A DNA stretch of 32,000 bases from NCBI GenBank assembly GCA_963704755.1, contig OY969938.1, forward strand, positions 2,430,001-2,462,000, given 5' to 3'. This DNA is from an uncultured Chloroflexia bacterium. GTDB taxonomy: Bacteria > Chloroflexota > Anaerolineae > Anaerolineales > Anaerolineaceae. The notes beneath the pieces are model-generated. The model worked only from the letters and a program-made list of their open reading frames with translations. It was not told where the DNA came from and did not search any database. Shown piece after piece: positions 31,399 to 32,000 of this stretch (position 1 is its first letter; the number at the start of each line of letters is the position of its first letter). The translations under genes were made by a program, and so were the position numbers.

Positions 31399-32000
31399 CC
31401 TGCTCCTGAACCTCGCTTTTGCCCTGCTGGTCGCCGGCGTGGCATTGATGAGCTCCGGAATACTTGGCGGAACCATCGAGCTGGTTACGAAATTATGGCA
31501 GCGGGTCTTCAAGAGATGGACGCAGGGTAAACTGCAGGATCTGGGGATGGTACGGAATGCGGGCAGTAAAAACGATACTCCCATCGATTGGAAACCCTTG
31601 GTCCTTATCCTCACAATCCCCGTTCTGGCCATATGGGTTCACGATTTCTTGTTATCCCCCCTGGTGATCTTGATAGGTGGCCTGGGCGTTTTCTGGATGC
31701 GTTTTCAAGCTCGGCAGGCGGACAAGAACCGCGTCAACGAGGACGCCGAGATGGCCTCTTTACAGTTGAGGTCGCTCCTGGAAGTCGATCATTCCTTGCT
31801 AAGTGCCATCCAGAGTATCGATTTGCCGGTAGGAACCATGAAAAAGGCCTTCGCAGAACTGGCAAACCGGCTGCAGATGCGCCAGCCGCCCGACCAGGCG
31901 GTCCAACCTCTGCGCGTCTTACCCGGGAAAGTCACCGCCCGGCTGGGGGTCTTGATCGCCAACAGCGCACACATCACGGAAGACCTGCAGTCCGCGCTGT
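31385..32000 (+). CDS. TadB/TadC-like (type II secretion system F-family) pilus inner-membrane platform protein; 5' part, runs off the window
   Basis: Absent from the track because it is open-ended. Manual translation from ATG 31385 (GAGGGG 5 nt upstream) gives MNRFSLLLNLAFALLVAGVALM..PLVLILTIPVLAIWVHDFLLSPLVILIGGLGVFWMRFQARQA..LRSLLEVDHSLLSAIQSI.. This is an N-terminal TM segment followed by a helical cytoplasmic region, as in TadB/C. Its position after cpaF fits. Confidence 0.55.
   Translation, partial: MNRFSLLLNLAFALLVAGVALMSSGILGGTIELVTKLWQRVFKRWTQGKLQDLGMVRNAGSKNDTPIDWKPLVLILTIPVLAIWVHDFLLSPLVILIGGLGVFWMRFQARQADKNRVNEDAEMASLQLRSLLEVDHSLLSAIQSIDLPVGTMKKAFAELANRLQMRQPPDQAVQPLRVLPGKVTARLGVLIANSAHITEDLQSAL

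Overview
The window has three blocks that differ in base composition by eye.

**(1) 1-8596, minus strand: amino-sugar PTS operon.** It encodes a LevR-like PRD/AAA+ regulator, an orphan lactose/cellobiose-family IIA and IIB pair, a complete mannose-family IIA-IIB-IIC-IID set, an unassigned membrane protein, a YdjC/ChbG-type deacetylase and NagA (which runs off the window).

**(2) 8597-27372: accessory-looking region bounded by AT-rich non-coding spacers.**
- It holds an XRE-type HTH gene and a 5'-truncated orphan rhs core fragment that is about 96% identical over 236 bp to the main rhs gene.
- A 222-aa AT-rich ORF is a candidate immunity gene.
- The 2396-aa Rhs/YD-repeat protein has a Sec signal. 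Its domains are a discoidin-like N-terminal domain, an internal FN3 and a DPSG core end, followed by an unassignable 237-aa C-terminal tip.
- Directly upstream and co-directional is a 2860-aa signal-peptide protein. It has nine Ig-like+PA14 modules in an ABCD-ABCD-A' pattern and a C-terminal FG-GAP propeller.
- An in-frame TAA ends that ORF after blade 6. A clean seventh blade continues in the same frame for 53 more codons.

**(3) 27982-32000, plus strand, higher GC: Tad/Cpa-type pilus operon.** It encodes a TadZ-like protein, CpaB, CpaF, a small membrane ORF and a TadB/C-like protein (partial). A hairpin plus U-tract lies immediately before its first ribosome-binding site.

No rRNA, tRNA, CRISPR array, transposase or integrase was seen. 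All family calls rest on motif reading only, with no database search. The organism cannot be named from this window.
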